This document shows, piece by piece, positions 31,696 to 32,000 of a DNA stretch of 32,000 bases (the first letter of the stretch is position 1; each line of letters starts with the position of its first letter). The position numbers and the translations under genes were made by a program. The notes beneath the pieces were generated by a model, which worked only from the letters and a program-made list of their open reading frames with translations, was not told where the DNA came from and did not search any database. The stretch is from Nitrosococcus oceani ATCC 19707 (GTDB taxonomy: Bacteria; Pseudomonadota; Gammaproteobacteria; Nitrosococcales; Nitrosococcaceae). Where the stretch lies: NCBI RefSeq assembly GCF_000012805.1, contig NC_007484.1, forward strand, positions 420,001 through 452,000. The letters are read 5' to 3'.

Positions 31696-32000
31696 ATGAA
31701 AGCTTTGTCTATCGAAGAAATTGAGTCGGCTCGTGCAAAGCTGTTGAGTAACGCAGAGAGTCTATTTGCGGAATCTCAGCTCTTATATAAACACGGTTTC
31801 TTTCCACGAGCCTACTGTTTGGCGCATTTGTGTTGCGAGGAATTAGCAAAAATACCAATGTTGGTTGGTGCGGGCTTGGATCTTGTTAACGGCGAAGAAG
31901 TTGACTGGGAAAAGCTGCATCACCGCTTGAAGAGGCACCAGGATAAGATCAACGCAATGCACGTTCATGATTATTTTCAAAGCGAAATTAGAGCTGATGA
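31696..32000 (+). CDS. AbiV-family (HEPN) abortive-infection protein, 5' part; runs off the window
   Basis: My own translation from ATG 31696: MKALSIEEIESARAKLLSNAESLFAESQLLYKHGFFPRAYCLAHLCCEELAKIPML... This matches the AbiV N-terminal pattern (A..L...g.y..A..L..L..EE..K). Confidence 0.6.
   Translation, partial: MKALSIEEIESARAKLLSNAESLFAESQLLYKHGFFPRAYCLAHLCCEELAKIPMLVGAGLDLVNGEEVDWEKLHHRLKRHQDKINAMHVHDYFQSEIRAD

Larger units (their letters stand above)
28066..32000 (+). mobile_element. Integron-type gene-cassette array B, continuing past the window end; no integrase seen
   Basis: Six consecutive ORF + attC-like units. The left junction is homologous to that of array A. Confidence 0.75.

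Overview
This looks like a proteobacterial chromosomal segment, roughly 50-55% GC by eye; I cannot name the organism. Housekeeping genes are interleaved with accessory DNA. The housekeeping genes are cca, an NDUFA9-like SDR, an aldehyde/succinate-semialdehyde dehydrogenase, a response regulator, prmC, a ybgA-like DUF523/DUF1722 gene, an M48+TPR protease and a metallophosphoesterase.

Accessory content:
1. A minus-strand operon (5639 to 1262) encodes a small protein, a coiled-coil/3-TM protein and a TPR-CHAT (caspase-like) protein. It has the architecture of a conflict system. The TPR-CHAT gene is broken by an in-frame TGA and a frameshift.
2. An IS630-family IS abuts a complete IS200/IS605 element (tnpA+tnpB). 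A second, solo tnpB element has a 3' end that overlaps the only usable start codons of the M48 protease gene.
3. Two integron-type gene-cassette arrays lie at about 17.2-22.5 kb and 28.07-32.0 kb, with no integrase gene in the window (CALIN-like). About 13 attC-like sites follow the stop codons of mostly AT-rich, unrelated ORFs. These encode an SNYDN-repeat secreted protein, a MORN-repeat lipoprotein, an Excalibur protein, an orphan ParA-like ATPase, a reversed RelE/ParE-ParD-like TA pair, a DUF1311 membrane protein, an acidic protein, a SIR2-like/DUF4917 protein, a HEPN protein and AbiV.
4. The most unusual signal is a roughly 160-bp GC-rich, strongly structured element present in 7 copies (4 full, 3 partial). 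In four copies it starts exactly at the TT of the attC crossover, at the 5' edge of a cassette. It ends 15-50 nt before the cassette start codon. It carries a short conserved uORF whose stop overlaps or abuts the cassette ATG. I do not recognise it as any described integron component.
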